Assembly: GCF_004010195.1 (NCBI RefSeq)
Contig: NC_057718.1
Span: 93,274,561-93,338,560, forward strand
Length of the DNA stretch: 64,000 bases
Direction: 5' to 3'
Source of the DNA: Chiloscyllium plagiosum
Lineage: Eukaryota
This document shows, piece after piece, positions 49,986 to 62,313 of the stretch; position 1 is the first letter of the stretch; each line of letters opens with the position of its first letter. Made by a program: the position numbers and the translations under genes. The notes beneath the pieces were generated by a model. The model was not told the DNA's origin. It saw nothing but the letters and a program-made list of their open reading frames with translations, and ran no database searches.

Positions 49986-51519
49986 ATGACTCGATTAGCA
50001 ATGTGTATAGTCACTGGCAAACAGGAAACTGAAGCAAACTCTGAGATGGCTCCAACCAGTTCCTGTATCAGAATACTGACTACATTTCCAACAATATTCC
50101 ATTGACATTATGATATGGTTGGTAGATGTGAATGGTGCTGTATTAATGCATTTCCTTTTTCATTATATGTGGTATCAAACTTAAAGCAATGAGTGATTAC
50201 TTCTTTAGAAAAGGTGCACTGGAAGAAGGTCAGTGACCACATCCTGACTGTGATGAAAGCTCATTGTTTCAAAAGATTATTGGATATTTGAAACCCCCGT
50301 GTGACCAACTTAGTGTTGGGTGTGATGTTAACATTTTAAATTTTGACTCAATCCCATCTGAATTCTGGAAAAAGTGACCAATTTGCCCTCAGGAAACAGG
50401 ATAGTTGCTACAGGCTTTTGAGGAAACAAAGTGCTTCCATTCTAACAAGAATTTTATTACAAATCTGTTTGTGTTGAATTTCCCAGACCTGAGCAAATCC
50501 GCAAGTACAGGGAAGTGAGCTGTTTGTGATTTTTAAGAAAGGAAGCCACATGTGATCGAAGTTTTATTTTACGTATTATTAATCTACAGAGGATCACAGA
50601 ACTTTGCTAACTGTGAAAACATAAAGTACGGGTAATCATTCACCTCGACATCATATCATTTAATTTCATTAAAATGCCACCTTAATTTAATAAATCCATG
50701 AAATTTATTGTCATTATCACAGGATAAAACAAATGAAAGAGAAAGGAGTTGAAAAAAAAGGAATCAATGCCTTTACAGCACAGCTTGTGGACCAAGAGAC
50801 AGAGGAGTGGTTGTATCTTTGCCCTGGACAAGCCAACATACCTGCTTTCAGTTCCACAATTGCTGACGCCCTCTCTTTCACTCAATGGTCTCACCCCACC
50901 AGTATACTGCCCTCCTTCCCACAATCAATCTCCCCTGGCCATGGTCTGATGCGACCAACCCCAAAAGCTCTGATCACAATCTGTCCCCTTTCAGACCATG
51001 AAAACACTCTTCTTTTATGCTCTCTGCTTCTTAGTTCATGTTCCCACTCTGACAACCCATCAATCAGGGCTGGCCATTGGGCAAGAAACCAGCAGAACGA
51101 TTGGAAAATATGTCTTGAAGTTTACATCTGCAGGACATCAGGTTTACCAAATGTCGGGGCTTCCTGTGCAGAACCACATCCCTATTCTGCTCTGAATATT
51201 CCTCGCCCTCAATATTGGGACCATTAAGCTCTTTTGTCTCTCCAAGCCAGATGCTGAATGAGTTCACTTATTTTCTTCACATTTCTGGGATCGACAGTAT
51301 TATTTTGATTTTGTTCCAGAGCTATATTTTCCCTTTTGCATGGCTGCCAAAATGGCTCCCAGTGGTGTAAGTAGCAATAGAACTGCACTTTTGATGTGTT
51401 AATCTTGTTCACTGCTACTGCACTGTCCTGTGGTCACTGTTGTTGCACATGTTACTTCTGATTTGTATATGATTGACTGGCTGTGTGCAATTGTACTAAT
51501 ATTCACTGAAACAATGTAA

Positions 51520-52300
51520 AAGGTTACCAGTTAGGACCAGCCACCTGGCTTCTTGAGCCTCCTCCCCAATTTAATAAAATTGGGTCTGATCTGATCACTC
51601 CCTATTCCCCTTACCACCAACAATTCTTCACTTCTTGCTTATCAAGAATCTATTTAACGCTGTCTCCAAAATATTCATAGACTGTGCCTCCACCACCTTT
51701 TAAGGAAGAGAGTTCCAAAGACTCCCAGCCCTCAGTGAGGCAAAACAAAATCTTCCTCATCTCTGTCACCCCTTATTTTTAAGCAGTAGATTAGATTATC
51801 TGCAGTGTGGAAACAGGCCATTAAGCCCAACAAGTCCACAGTGACTCATGGGGAGAATAACCCACCCAGACCCATTTCCCTCTGAGTAATGCATCTCACA
51901 CTATGGGTAATTTAGCATGGCCAATTCACCTGACCTGCACATCTCTGGTTTGTGGGAGGAAACCAGAGCAAACCCACAGGGCAAATGTGCAAACTCAATA
52001 CAGACAGTCACCCAAGGTGGGAATTGAACCCAGGTGCCTGGTGTAGTGAGGCAGCAGTGCTAACAACTGAGCCACTATGCCATAGGCCTTGGTGCCAGAT
52101 AATCCCACAAGAGGAATCATTCATTCTACATTTACCCTGTCAAGAGCTCTCATGACCTTTTATGTTTCAATCAAATTGCATCTTACTTTTACATACTCCA
52201 GTAGATATAAGCCTAGCCTGTCCAAGCTTTCCTCACAAGGCAACTTTGTCATTCCAGATATTAATCTAGAAAACTTTCTCTGAGCTGCTTCAAATGAATT
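51520..52300 (-). mobile_element. CR1 LINE 3' fragment split by HE1
   Basis: ggaagagagttccaaagactc..cctcatctctg. Resumes after 52082 (ataagcctagcctgtccaagctttcctca). Confidence 0.65.
51788..52082 (-). mobile_element. HE1 SINE
   Basis: Reverse-complement copy. Confidence 0.87.
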
Positions 52301-52464
52301 TATATTTAGATTAGATTTAGAATTATTGTCACATGTATCTAAAAATACAGTGTTATATGCAAAGTATCACCACACTCCGACACCATCTTGAAACACTGAA
52401 TATGGTGCATGATTTTAGTGAAATTGTGTTCACATTTCTCCATTCTTTTTGAGTTCCTCCCGTC

Positions 52465-52684
52465 TGAGATAACTCCACAGAGGCCAACATCCATCACCAA
52501 ATCAGTCTTCCTTTACTCATGAACAGCCATTGACTGTAGTATGACCTCATTCAGAGTCAACTACCAGAGTGTTAGCCTCTCTGACCCTCTCCACTTTATT
52601 TGTCAGCCAGGGCTCTGTATATGGACCATATTAATTGCGCCAACCTATGATTTCAAGCTGGTTAACCTTGTTCTAATCACAACA
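52465..52684 (-). mobile_element. Probable short Gypsy-type LTR
   Basis: Minus strand starts TGTTGTGATT and ends GGCCTCTGTGGAGTTATCTCA (TG..CA). No clear TSD. Confidence 0.4.
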
Positions 52685-53209
52685 GCTTCCTTCCATTTCT
52701 TGATTTGCAGCTAATTCTGGCATGCTATTTTCATCCTCTATAGTGAAGATCGATGCAAAATATCTGGCATCTCCTTAATTTTCCACCACTAATTCCCAGT
52801 GACATTTTCAATGGGACCAGCACTCAGTTTGTTAACTGTTTTGTTTTAGATATCTACAGAAGCTCTTACTATGTTTTTCTATTTGTAGCTAGTTTTCTCT
52901 CATACTCTACGTTTTCATTCTCCATTAATATTTTAGTCATTCTTCACTTTTTAAAAAATAATCCTGTCTGCACTTCTGAACTGCCGCACGTTGTATAAGA
53001 AAGTAGTGTTTAAAGGGTTCCCAGGCATCATAACACAGTTTACACCCATTAGGATATAAAGGACTGTCCCTGAGAGGAATTGAACAGTTTTGTGTTTGCT
53101 GCCAATGTTGTATGCAAATGTTTCAGTGATGCTATAACTATGAACATACTCTTAAGTTGAATCTGATTTTTCGGAAGGGACCAGCTTGTATCCCAGATGA
53201 AAAGTAATT

Positions 53210-53645
53210 AGGTCGTATGAAGAGAAAGTGAACTGTTTAGGTCTATGCTACCTGGAATTTAGAAGAATGAGGGAAGATCAAATTGAGATATTCAAGATGG
53301 AAAAAGGTATGGATAAAATAGACGTGGAGCGGATGCTTCCTTTGATGGGGCAGTCTAGGACGAGAGGTCATAGTCTTAGGGTAAGGGGTAACAAGTTTAA
53401 AACAGAGTTGAGGAGAAACTACTTCTCTCAAAGGGTTGTGAATCTGTGGAATTGGCTACCGCAAAATGCGGAGGATGTTGGGACAGTGGGTAAATTTAAG
53501 GAGGAGTTTGACAGATTGGTAATGGGTTGAAGGGTAAAGGGGAGAAGGCAAGAAAATGGGGGTGAGGAGTAGTTCAGCCATGATCGAATGGCAGAGCAGA
53601 CTCGGTGAGTGGAATGGCTTAATCCTGTTCCTGTATCTTATGAAC
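53210..53645 (+). mobile_element. CR1 LINE 3' fragment
   Basis: LEFRRMRED..TRGHSLRVRGNKFKTELRRNYFSQRVVNLWN. Confidence 0.9.
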
Positions 53646-54439
53646 TTGTAGCTAGCTATTAAATAACATGTAATCAACCCAAGTATGGTTTGTCAAATTT
53701 GTTTTGCCAAGCGCTTCATGTGAGCATTTTTTCCTATGTGGTTTCAATATCTTAGACTACTACAAGCAAGAAAGATTGGTGGCAGTGAAAGTAGCTGAAG
53801 CTTTTCAGTCTGACTTTACAATATGATACCAACAGTGGTCACTTGAAGATTTAATTTTGCTGCCCTTATAAGAAACTGGCAGCAGTGGGCAGCACTGTCT
53901 CACATCTTGTTGTAGAAGCAGTGGCCACAGGCTGGAGAATTCTTCAGTTCTGCAAATGCCATAGACATCCAGGAAGAAGGAAATAATCAATTCAGAAGAG
54001 TGTGAATATATCCTTAAATCGTCAGCCGTTCAAAGGCATGCAGAACCTGTCAGCTTCCAGGACTGCAGCATCCAGTAGTTAAAAGATTAGCTATGCTTAT
54101 CGTGCTATTGAGCATGTGTGTTAAAGCTTAAATCACCCAGACAGAGTGAACATTTTGATAAAGCTTGAATAGACCACAAAAAGTCTCACTAGGTGAAAAA
54201 AATCCAAGTCATAAACATGAGACACAACGGTTAAAGTGTCAACTCAGTGCCTGAGTGGAAGGATGACAAATTTTAAATTTGGAAAAACTATAGACATACA
54301 AACTCAAAGAAGGATATGATGCTAGAATAAGCAAACAAATATTGTTACAATTCCTTGAAACTGTCAGGAAAGGGTGCAAGGAAAATCCTTGGAAAAAAGG
54401 CAATCATTCATAAATTTGGGAAACAGCTGTAAAAACTGA

Positions 54440-54917
54440 CAGATTTACAAGGATTCTGCCAGGGTTGGAGGATTTGAGCTAGAGGGAGAGACGGAATAGG
54501 TTGGGGCTGTTTTCTCTGGAGCGTCGGCGTCTGAAGGTTGACCTTCTAGAGGTTTATAAAATCATGAGGGGCACGGATAGGGTAAATGGATAAGGTCTTT
54601 TCCCTGGGGTGGAGGAGTCCAGAACTAGAGGGCATGGGTTTAGGGTGAGAGGGGAAAGATTTAAAAGGGACCTAAGGGGCAACCTTTCATGCAGATGGTG
54701 GTGTGTTTATGGAATGAGCTGCCAGAGGATGTGGTGGAGGCTGGTACAATTGCGACATTTAAAAGGCATTTGGATGGATAGATAAATAGGAAGGGTTTGG
54801 AGGGATATGGGTCAAGTGCTGGCAAATGGAATTTAATTAGGTTCAGATATCTGGTCAGCATGGATGAGTTGGACTGAAGGGTCTGTTTCCGTGCTGCACA
54901 TCTCTGTGACTCTATAA
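54440..54917 (+). mobile_element. CR1/HER1 LINE 3' fragment
   Basis: Close match to 18280-18775. Confidence 0.92.
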
Positions 54918-55709
54918 CTGAGAGTGGAAAGATTGAAGCCAGAAGAAGAATTTATTAAAACGTGTTTTGGTGGGAAAAGCTAATGTTTATTGTTCAGTTG
55001 AAAATATTCCTTTAAGGTGCAGTATTAGTGTGACACCGCCTTTTTCAATGTGAAAAGCTTGAAGAAGCATGAGTGATTCAATTTGACTATAGTCTTTAAA
55101 AAAGGACAAAAGTCACTAAGCATCATGGGATTGAACTAACAGTCTCTCCTCTATCTATGGAGAACATATAAAATACACTATGCAGTTACCGTAGGGGTTC
55201 TGAGTGATGTGAATTACGGTGAGGTTTATGGCAGGAGTCCATTGAGGCCTATCTCAGTGTAGGGACCATCTCACATCCTCTTCTACGCTTTTGACAAGTG
55301 GCAGGAGTGAGTTGTCAATTAAGGGCGATATACCTATTTTACCAAATGCACCAAACAAGATAAACATTGAGAAATCTCGGTATGAAAATCAGAGCACCAT
55401 CAGCTCCAAAGGACCTCCACGTTGGAGATCGGGCTGCACTATCTCAGGGTACATTCCATAGGCACCAGGTGTATGCACCTGATATCTATGGTCTTTGGCA
55501 TTTGATATATGTCAGCCTCTGGATGATGGAGAAAGAGTAAGACATTGGAAATGAGGAGTGTTGAATCAGCCTATTGAACAGATTGAGGAACCAAATGTGC
55601 TCCTCCCGATCCTATTTCTTCCAGTCTAAGAACCTTTATGACACTGATCCACTTACAAGATACTTCGACACTTCAGTGCTACACCTGGGATTGCACAGCA
55701 GTCTTTTTA

Positions 55710-56055
55710 AAAATTCATTCACGGGATGAGGGCGTCACTGGCTAGGTCAGCATTTATTGTCCATTCCTAATTGCCCAGAGGGCAGTTGAGAGTCACCCAC
55801 ATTATGGTGGGTCTGGAGGCCAGACCAGGTAAGGATGGCGGCTTCCTTCCCTAAAGGATATTGGTGAACCGGACAGGTTGGTCCTGACAATCGACAGTGG
55901 ATTCCTGGTCATCATTAGACTCCGAGTTCAAAATGTGTATTGAATTCAAACTCTACCATCTAGTATAGAAGGATTCCAATCCAGGTCCCCAGAACATTAC
56001 CAGGGTCTCCGGATTCATTGTCTATCGTAAATACCATTCCTATCATAATCTCCCA
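55710..56055 (-). mobile_element. tRNA-derived SINE (second family)
   Basis: Reverse complement of the 10677-11000 type. Confidence 0.8.
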
Positions 56056-56061
56056 CTTTTA

Positions 56062-56132
56062 GTCTGTCCGTCTGTCCATCCATCTAACTATCTATCTATC
56101 GATCTATTGATTTATCGAACTATCTATCTATC
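56062..56132. repeat. Degenerate (TATC)n/(TGTC)n microsatellite
   Basis: ctatctatctatc tracts. Confidence 0.85.
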
Positions 56133-56877
56133 TTCTGTCAGTTCAATACTGCAGCAAGGACACTGTGCACTGAGGGACACACACCCAGCTCACAAACTGG
56201 ACCAGACTGTATCTCCAGCTCTTTGCATGCTGATATAACTCTCATGGACTTTGACCTTACCTGGGTTCACTCAGCCTCCCTGCCTCGCATCTCCTTGCCT
56301 TACCTTTTTGCATTTTGTCCCCTCAGCCAGAGGTAGCAGGCTCATATGATTTCTATTTTGCCTTGCTGCTTAGCACAGACTCAAAGGAAAGAAGCTCGTC
56401 ATTTTATCAGCAGTTCTCAGTCAAGTCAAGGGGGAAAATCACCTTCGGTGAGGGGGTCCTGGCACTGTAAGGCAAAGCCAGCCTCTAATACCACACCAGG
56501 GCCTTGGACATGGTCAGTCAGTTACTTAAAGTGGTCAGTCAGGATGCTCTCCACCTTAGGGCTGAGGAGCTGATTGTCAGACAGCCCAGTGGCCGTCGGC
56601 ACTCTTCCTAAAGAAGTGTGAATGCTTTCCTCCTGGAATGAGATTGTGGCAGACAATATGGGAGATAAAAGTGGATGGCACAGCTATGACCTCTGGGGCT
56701 GTGCATCCTGAGTGACTGAGTAGGTGGTGTTGAGGACTCACCTGGATCAGTGGTGTTGGGAAGGAAGATGTTTCAGGCAACGGTGAGAGTGGAAGAGCAG
56801 GAGCCTTGGTAGGAAGAGGGTGCAGTAGGAGAGATACAGTGAGGGTAGTGAATTTGAGAGAAAATAGTGGAACACAT

Positions 56878-56985
56878 CCTGCTGGAGTGGAGAAGATCAT
56901 TGATCCCTTTCCTACAATGCCTCCTCCAGATGGCTCAGACTGCTTCAACTTGGGAGGCAACTTCAGGCCAGGCTGCTGTGGCCTG
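56878..56985 (-). pseudogene. Myb/SANT-like DNA-binding domain remnant, probably from a PIF/Harbinger transposon
   Basis: Minus frame QATAAWPEVASQVEAV*AIWRRHCRKGINDLLHSSR matches the AW.EVA..V.A...R...CRK..NDL pattern. Confidence 0.6.
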
Positions 56986-57574
56986 GTGTCATGGCCCCAC
57001 ATGATATCACCACTCCTTCTTCCCCACTACTCCCCACAACCACTATCTCTGAGTCAACCTGAATTCAGTCACACACCCCTCAATTTTAGGTCCTGATCCC
57101 ACTCCAGCTGATGGACTAGGACCCTCCAGAGACAGGGTCCACTTTCTCCTGTGTTCTGCTGGATCCAACTTCTCTCACTCATCTTGAATTGTCCTAAGCA
57201 CTGCAACACTGACCTTGCTGCATTGCACTCTATCCATTTGGCACTCTAATGTTGTCCACTTGGTATCCTACCCACCTAGCACCTGACTGCCTAGTTATCT
57301 GACATCCCATCCGTGTCCACTCCCCAGCTGGCACCTGACCCACCTGGCATCCAGCTTGCTGTGCCTTGACTCTAACAATCTGGTATGTTATCCCTGCAAG
57401 CTCATCACCTCCTCATTCTGGTTCCCTATCCAGCTGGCACCCTACATACCTTGCACTCTGCACCCCCATATTCATCTGGCATGCTACCCCTGGCACCCTA
57501 ATGCCTCCCATAACATCCTATTTATCTGGTACCCTGTCATCCCTCACACTTGCCTTCATTGGTCAGAGCAATGC

Positions 57575-57802
57575 ATGTGGGAGTGAGCACATCCAGTTAT
57601 GGCTGTACACGACAATGATGAGGCCAGGTTTAGAATGTTGGCAGGAGCACTTACAACATTAATAAGATATTTGGACAGGACCATGAATAGGAAAGGTTTA
57701 GAGGGATATGAGCCAAATGCAGGCAAATGGGACTCATTAAGTTTGAGATACAAGGTCAGCATAGATGAGGTGAACCAAAGAGTCGTATGACTCTATGACT
57801 CC
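57575..57802 (+). mobile_element. CR1 LINE 3' tail
   Basis: YLDRTMNRKGLEGYEPNAGKWD, then tatgactctatgactc. Confidence 0.8.
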
Positions 57803-58005
57803 ATAACTTGGCATTCTACTTACCTGGCACCCCATCCCCATTCCTATCCAGCAGCCTATCCTTCCAGCTCCTTACATGACACCACATTTTATACTTACTG
57901 TTGCCAGTAGCTCTCAAAGTGGCTGTCAGGACCTTTAAATTTCAGAATATGTGGCTGGCTGCTGTGAAAGAGTGGCATGGCCTGCGTTTCTCTGACCATT
58001 CTGAC

Positions 58006-58490
58006 ACTAGAGAGGGTGCAGAGGAGGTTCACTAGGTTGATTCTGGAGTTGAGGGGGTTAGCTTATAAGGAGAGGTTGTGTAGACAGGGTTTGTATTCAG
58101 AAGAATGAGGGGGGGATCTTAGAGAACCACATAAAATTATGAAGCGAATAGATAAGATAGACATAGAGAGGATATTTCCACTGGCAGGTGAAACTAGGAC
58201 AGGAGGGCATAGCCTCAAGATTAGTGGGAGCAGATTTAGGACTGAATTGAGAAGGATTTTCTTCATCCAGAGGGTTGTGAATCTGTGGAATTCCCTGCCC
58301 AGTGAAGTGGTTGACCCCACATCAGTAAACGTTTTTAAATATAAGGTAACAACAAAGGAATTAAGGGTTACGGTGAGAGGGTGGGTAAATGGAGCTGAGG
58401 CCACAAAATGATCAGCCATGATCTTATTGAATGGCAGAGCAGGCTTAAAGGGCCAGATGGCTTACTCCTGCTCCTTGTTCTTAAGTTCTG
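58006..58490 (+). mobile_element. CR1 LINE 3' fragment
   Basis: LERVQRRFTRLI..TRTGGHSLKISGSRFRTELRRIFFIQRVVNLWNSLP. Confidence 0.92.
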
Positions 58491-59284
58491 AGCTGAGAAG
58501 CAACTGTCAGAACGGAACTATGCAGCACTGAGTGGAATCTCCTCTCAGAAATGCACAGCTCCCTTCTTTTGAGTAAAAGAAGGGTCAGAGTAATAATCTG
58601 CGCAAGAATGCCACTGAGGAAGATTTGACCCATTGTTCAGCTTCGCTGTGCCTTTGCAGTTATTTCCCGGCAATGCACAAGCGGCTAAAGCAACGGCTGA
58701 ACCACAAAACATGAAATGTTAATCTGCACAAAAAGGTTAAAACACCTTACAGGAAGAATCTTTCAAATAAACCTTAATTCGAACATCTTATACAATGATA
58801 TTATCATCTTTGGAAGATATAAATCATCATTTCCAAACCAGCTATGACAGAGATCATTCGGGTTAATGGCCATCAAACTCATCTGAAATTTGAGACGGGG
58901 AAAGCATTACATTTTACATGAAAAATTCCCTTGGTTGAGGTGAGCAAAATTGCTACAGTCTGCCTTAGAACAGAATGGCATGAGCAGAATAGTACTCAAT
59001 ATCAAAGGACAGTATCCCTAAAATATAGGACCGTATGTCGGTCAGGCATGAGGAAGAGATGCAACGAGACCAGGAGACAAAAACCAGTGATCAACGTGCC
59101 GTACTCAACGAGAACAAGACACTGTAGGTCTCAGAAGATATTCAATAAGAAAAAGATGATACACCACTCGAGATTAATTACATTGGTATACGACATAGGC
59201 TTCACAACTGAGAGATCTGAATCTACCACTGCTTTCACAGTTTTGGAGTAATTAGGTTTATTCAATTGACAACTATTCAACATT

Positions 59285-59635
59285 TAGAGTCATAGAGATC
59301 TATAGCATGGAAACAGGCTCTTTGGTCCAACTCGCCCGTGCCACCCAGATGCCCATGCCAACCAGTGCCATTTGCCTACATTTGGTCCATATCCCTCCAT
59401 ACCTATCCCATCCATGTACCTCTCCAAATGTTTCTAAAATGACAAAATTGTATTCACCTCCATCATTACCAGCGCATCCCAGACACTCACCACCTTCTGT
59501 GCCAAAGAAATTGCCCCTCTGGACCCTTTTGTATCTTTCCCCTCTCACTTAAACCTATGCTTTCTAGTTTTGGACTCCCCTACCATGGGGAAAGCTATCT
59601 GCTATCTACCGTACCTGTGCCTGTCATGATTTTAT
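59285..59635 (-). mobile_element. CR1 LINE 3' fragment
   Basis: RGERYKRVQRGNFF followed by a tail. Confidence 0.85.
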
Positions 59636-59989
59636 TTGATCACCAAACATCCCTGATACTACAACCACCAAACGTTTGCAGTGATGTCTTGATGTGGGAA
59701 CATCAGTTTCTTAAAATGTTTGTACCAAAGCAGCACAGTCAGCTTTCCTGTCTATGAACAAACTTGGTAAAATGAAGAAGTTACTCAAACACAAATATGC
59801 AAGGACAGAAGGTTCACATGCAAGTAAGTCTCAGTAAAATGCCAAAAGAAGATTAGTTCTATCAAGAAGACAATTATCTTCTCCAAAATGATTTGGAGAA
59901 ACTAATGATCCTCCAAGGGAAATAAGCCTTTAACGGTGACAGCAAAGTAAGATGTTATGCTCATCAAAGATCATCTGGGAAAATCATTG

Positions 59990-60724
59990 TCAAGATTAGA
60001 GTGGTGCTGAAAAAGCACAGCAAGTCAGGGAGCATCCAAGGAGCAGGAAAATTGACGTTTCAGGCAAAAGCCCTTCATCAGGAATGAGGCAGGGAGCCTC
60101 TGGGGTGGAGAGATAAATGGGGAGGGGGAGGGGCTGGTGTGAAGGTAAATGAGAGTACAATAGGTGGATGGGGATGGGGATGAAGATGATAGGTTGGAGA
60201 GGAGGGTGGAGCGGATAGGTGGGAAGGGAGATTGGCAGGTAGGACAGGTCATGACGATGGTGCTGAGTGGGAAGGTTGAAACTGGGGTAAGGTGGGGGGA
60301 GGGGAAATGAGGGGAAAGTGTTCCACCTCGGAACACTTCAACCCCAGAGCATCAGTGTGGACTTCATCAGTTTCCTCATTTCCCCTTTCCTCACCTCACC
60401 CCAGTTCCAATCTTCCCGCTCAGCACCATCGTCATGACCTGTCCTACCTGCCAATCTCCCTTCCCACCTATCCGCTCCACCCTCCTCTCCAACCTATCAC
60501 CTTCATCCCCATCTCCATTCACCTATTGTACTCTCAGTTACCTTTGCACCAGCCCCACCCCCCTCCCATTTATCTCTCCATCCCTGGCTCATTCCTGATG
60601 AAGGGCTTTTGCCCAAAAAGTTGATTTTCCTGCTCCTCCGATGCTGCCTGACCTGCTGTGCTTTTCCAGTGCCACTGTAATCTTGACTCTGATCTCCAGC
60701 ATCTGCAGTCCTCACTTTCACCTT
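59990..60724 (+). mobile_element. PLE family A (Neptune-type) 3' end with long inverted duplication
   Basis: 12-bp TSD ggaaaatcattg at 59978-59989 and 60725-60736. Arms at about 59990-60311 and 60374-60688. 60318-60380 encodes VFHLGTLQPQSISVDFISFLI. Confidence 0.9.
60054..60081 (-). ncRNA. Minimal hammerhead ribozyme motif
   Basis: Minus strand reads CTGATGA-A-GGGC-TTTT-GCCT-GAAAC-GTC. The plus-arm copy at about 60596 has lost the G of GAAA. Confidence 0.7.
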
Positions 60725-61254
60725 GGAAAATCATTGATCTACTGAATATGTTCTCCTTGAACAGCAGTCTTTCAACCCAACCAATTTGTCAGTCATTTCT
60801 AAAGTCAGAGACTTGTGGGAAGATGAGATGATGGTAAATCTACCTGAATGACTTGAAGCAATTGTGTGACGAATTGAAAATAAAACTCCAAACACTTGGG
60901 AGAAGACTTAACTGACATCATGAGATAATGTCCCCTCATTAGGATGCGAAGAAGTACTCCTGGAAGGAGCTGGCCAACTATATGTTTGGTACCAATCCTA
61001 TGTGAGAATGCTTCAATGATGCAAATGTGAACTTACTCTCAAATTAAGCCTGGTGTCTCACAATAGACCATCGTGTCCCAGATTTAATGTAACTAGCTAT
61101 GAAGTAATATGTAATAAACCTGCTTGAAGTTCATCAAGATTGAACCCGCCTTCTAACAAAGACTTCTTGCCCAATATGGTATCAATAATTTATACTGGTA
61201 TAACAAGAAGGATTTGTGTCAGTGAAATCATTCAAAGCTTCTCAGCCATAAATT

Positions 61255-61492
61255 CATAGTCAGAGAGGTCCGCAGCACAGAAAAAAGCCATCATGTCAGC
61301 ACCAGTCATAAACAATCACCAAACTATTCCAATCCCATTTTCCAGCACTTGGATGCCTTGGCATTGTAAGGCAGTGAGTTCCGGATTCCCACCAGCCGCT
61401 GGGTGAAAAAGATTTCCTCATATTTCCTTTAAATCTTCTGCCCCTTACGTTAAATCTATCCCCCTGGTCATTGATCATTCTATTAAGGTGAA
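61255..61492 (-). mobile_element. CR1 LINE 3' fragment
   Basis: GDRFNVRGRRFKGNMRKSF. Confidence 0.75.
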
Positions 61493-61494
61493 AG

Positions 61495-61650
61495 ATTGCC
61501 CATAGTATTCAGGATGTTAGGTGCATTAATCAAGGGTAAATGTAAGATAATAGGGTAGGGGAATGGGTCTGAGTGGGTTACTCTTCAGACAGTCAGCATG
61601 GACTTGTTGGGCCAAGGGCCTGTTTTCACACTGTAGGGATTCTATATCTA
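61495..61650 (+). mobile_element. HE1 SINE 3' part
   Basis: attgcccatagt..gggccaagggcctgttttcacactgtagggattcta. Confidence 0.8.
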
Positions 61651-62313
61651 ATATATTTTCTATTTCTTCCCATTATAATGGATCTCATCTTGCACAATTA
61701 TAAGTTTTTGCTTTAAGTTTGTGCTATCTTTAACCTTTCCAGTTAACCACAAATAGTGGGTCATCCCCTTGGAATTTTTCTTTCTTGTTGAAATGTAGAT
61801 ATCCTGGGCAATCTGAATTATCACCTTAAATGACCACTACTGTGTGTTCATTCAACAATTTTCCAGTTTGAGTTAGGTGTAACACCCTCACAAATACCCT
61901 TATTTGTGTTGGAAAATATAGTCCTGAACATTGCAGTGTATTTATTTTTTAAATGCCCGGAAGATACTCCGATAAAGTAAAAAGTATTTGATCTTGGCAA
62001 TAGATAGTTACCCTCGCCCTTTAAGGGGAGTTAAGGTGACTTATGGGAGAGGTAAGGGTCCTTTGGAATTATTGAAAGTAGACATGAATATACATGAAGA
62101 GTGCATGCAGCTACTGGAATTGTGAAACTGTCAATATATCGATCAAGTTCACTATCAAGCTCTCAAAGCATTTTGATTTCCTAGTCTTTCTACAGCTATA
62201 AAAAGAAAGGGGGATGAATTTTTGAATTTTTAAAAATCATGAAGCTCACAGACAAGGTGAATAATAAGGGTCTTTTCCCACAGGGTGGGGAGTTTCAAAA
62301 CTAAGGGTCATAT

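Noticed and set aside
50733..51227. 164-aa ORF MKEKGVEKKG..
   Set aside because: No recognisable domain, low-complexity middle and no supporting splice structure.
58780..61250. Possible decayed Gypsy gag-pol between the insertions (TPNTWEK near 60885)
   Set aside because: Too degenerate to support by eye. Needs tBLASTn or an HMM search.
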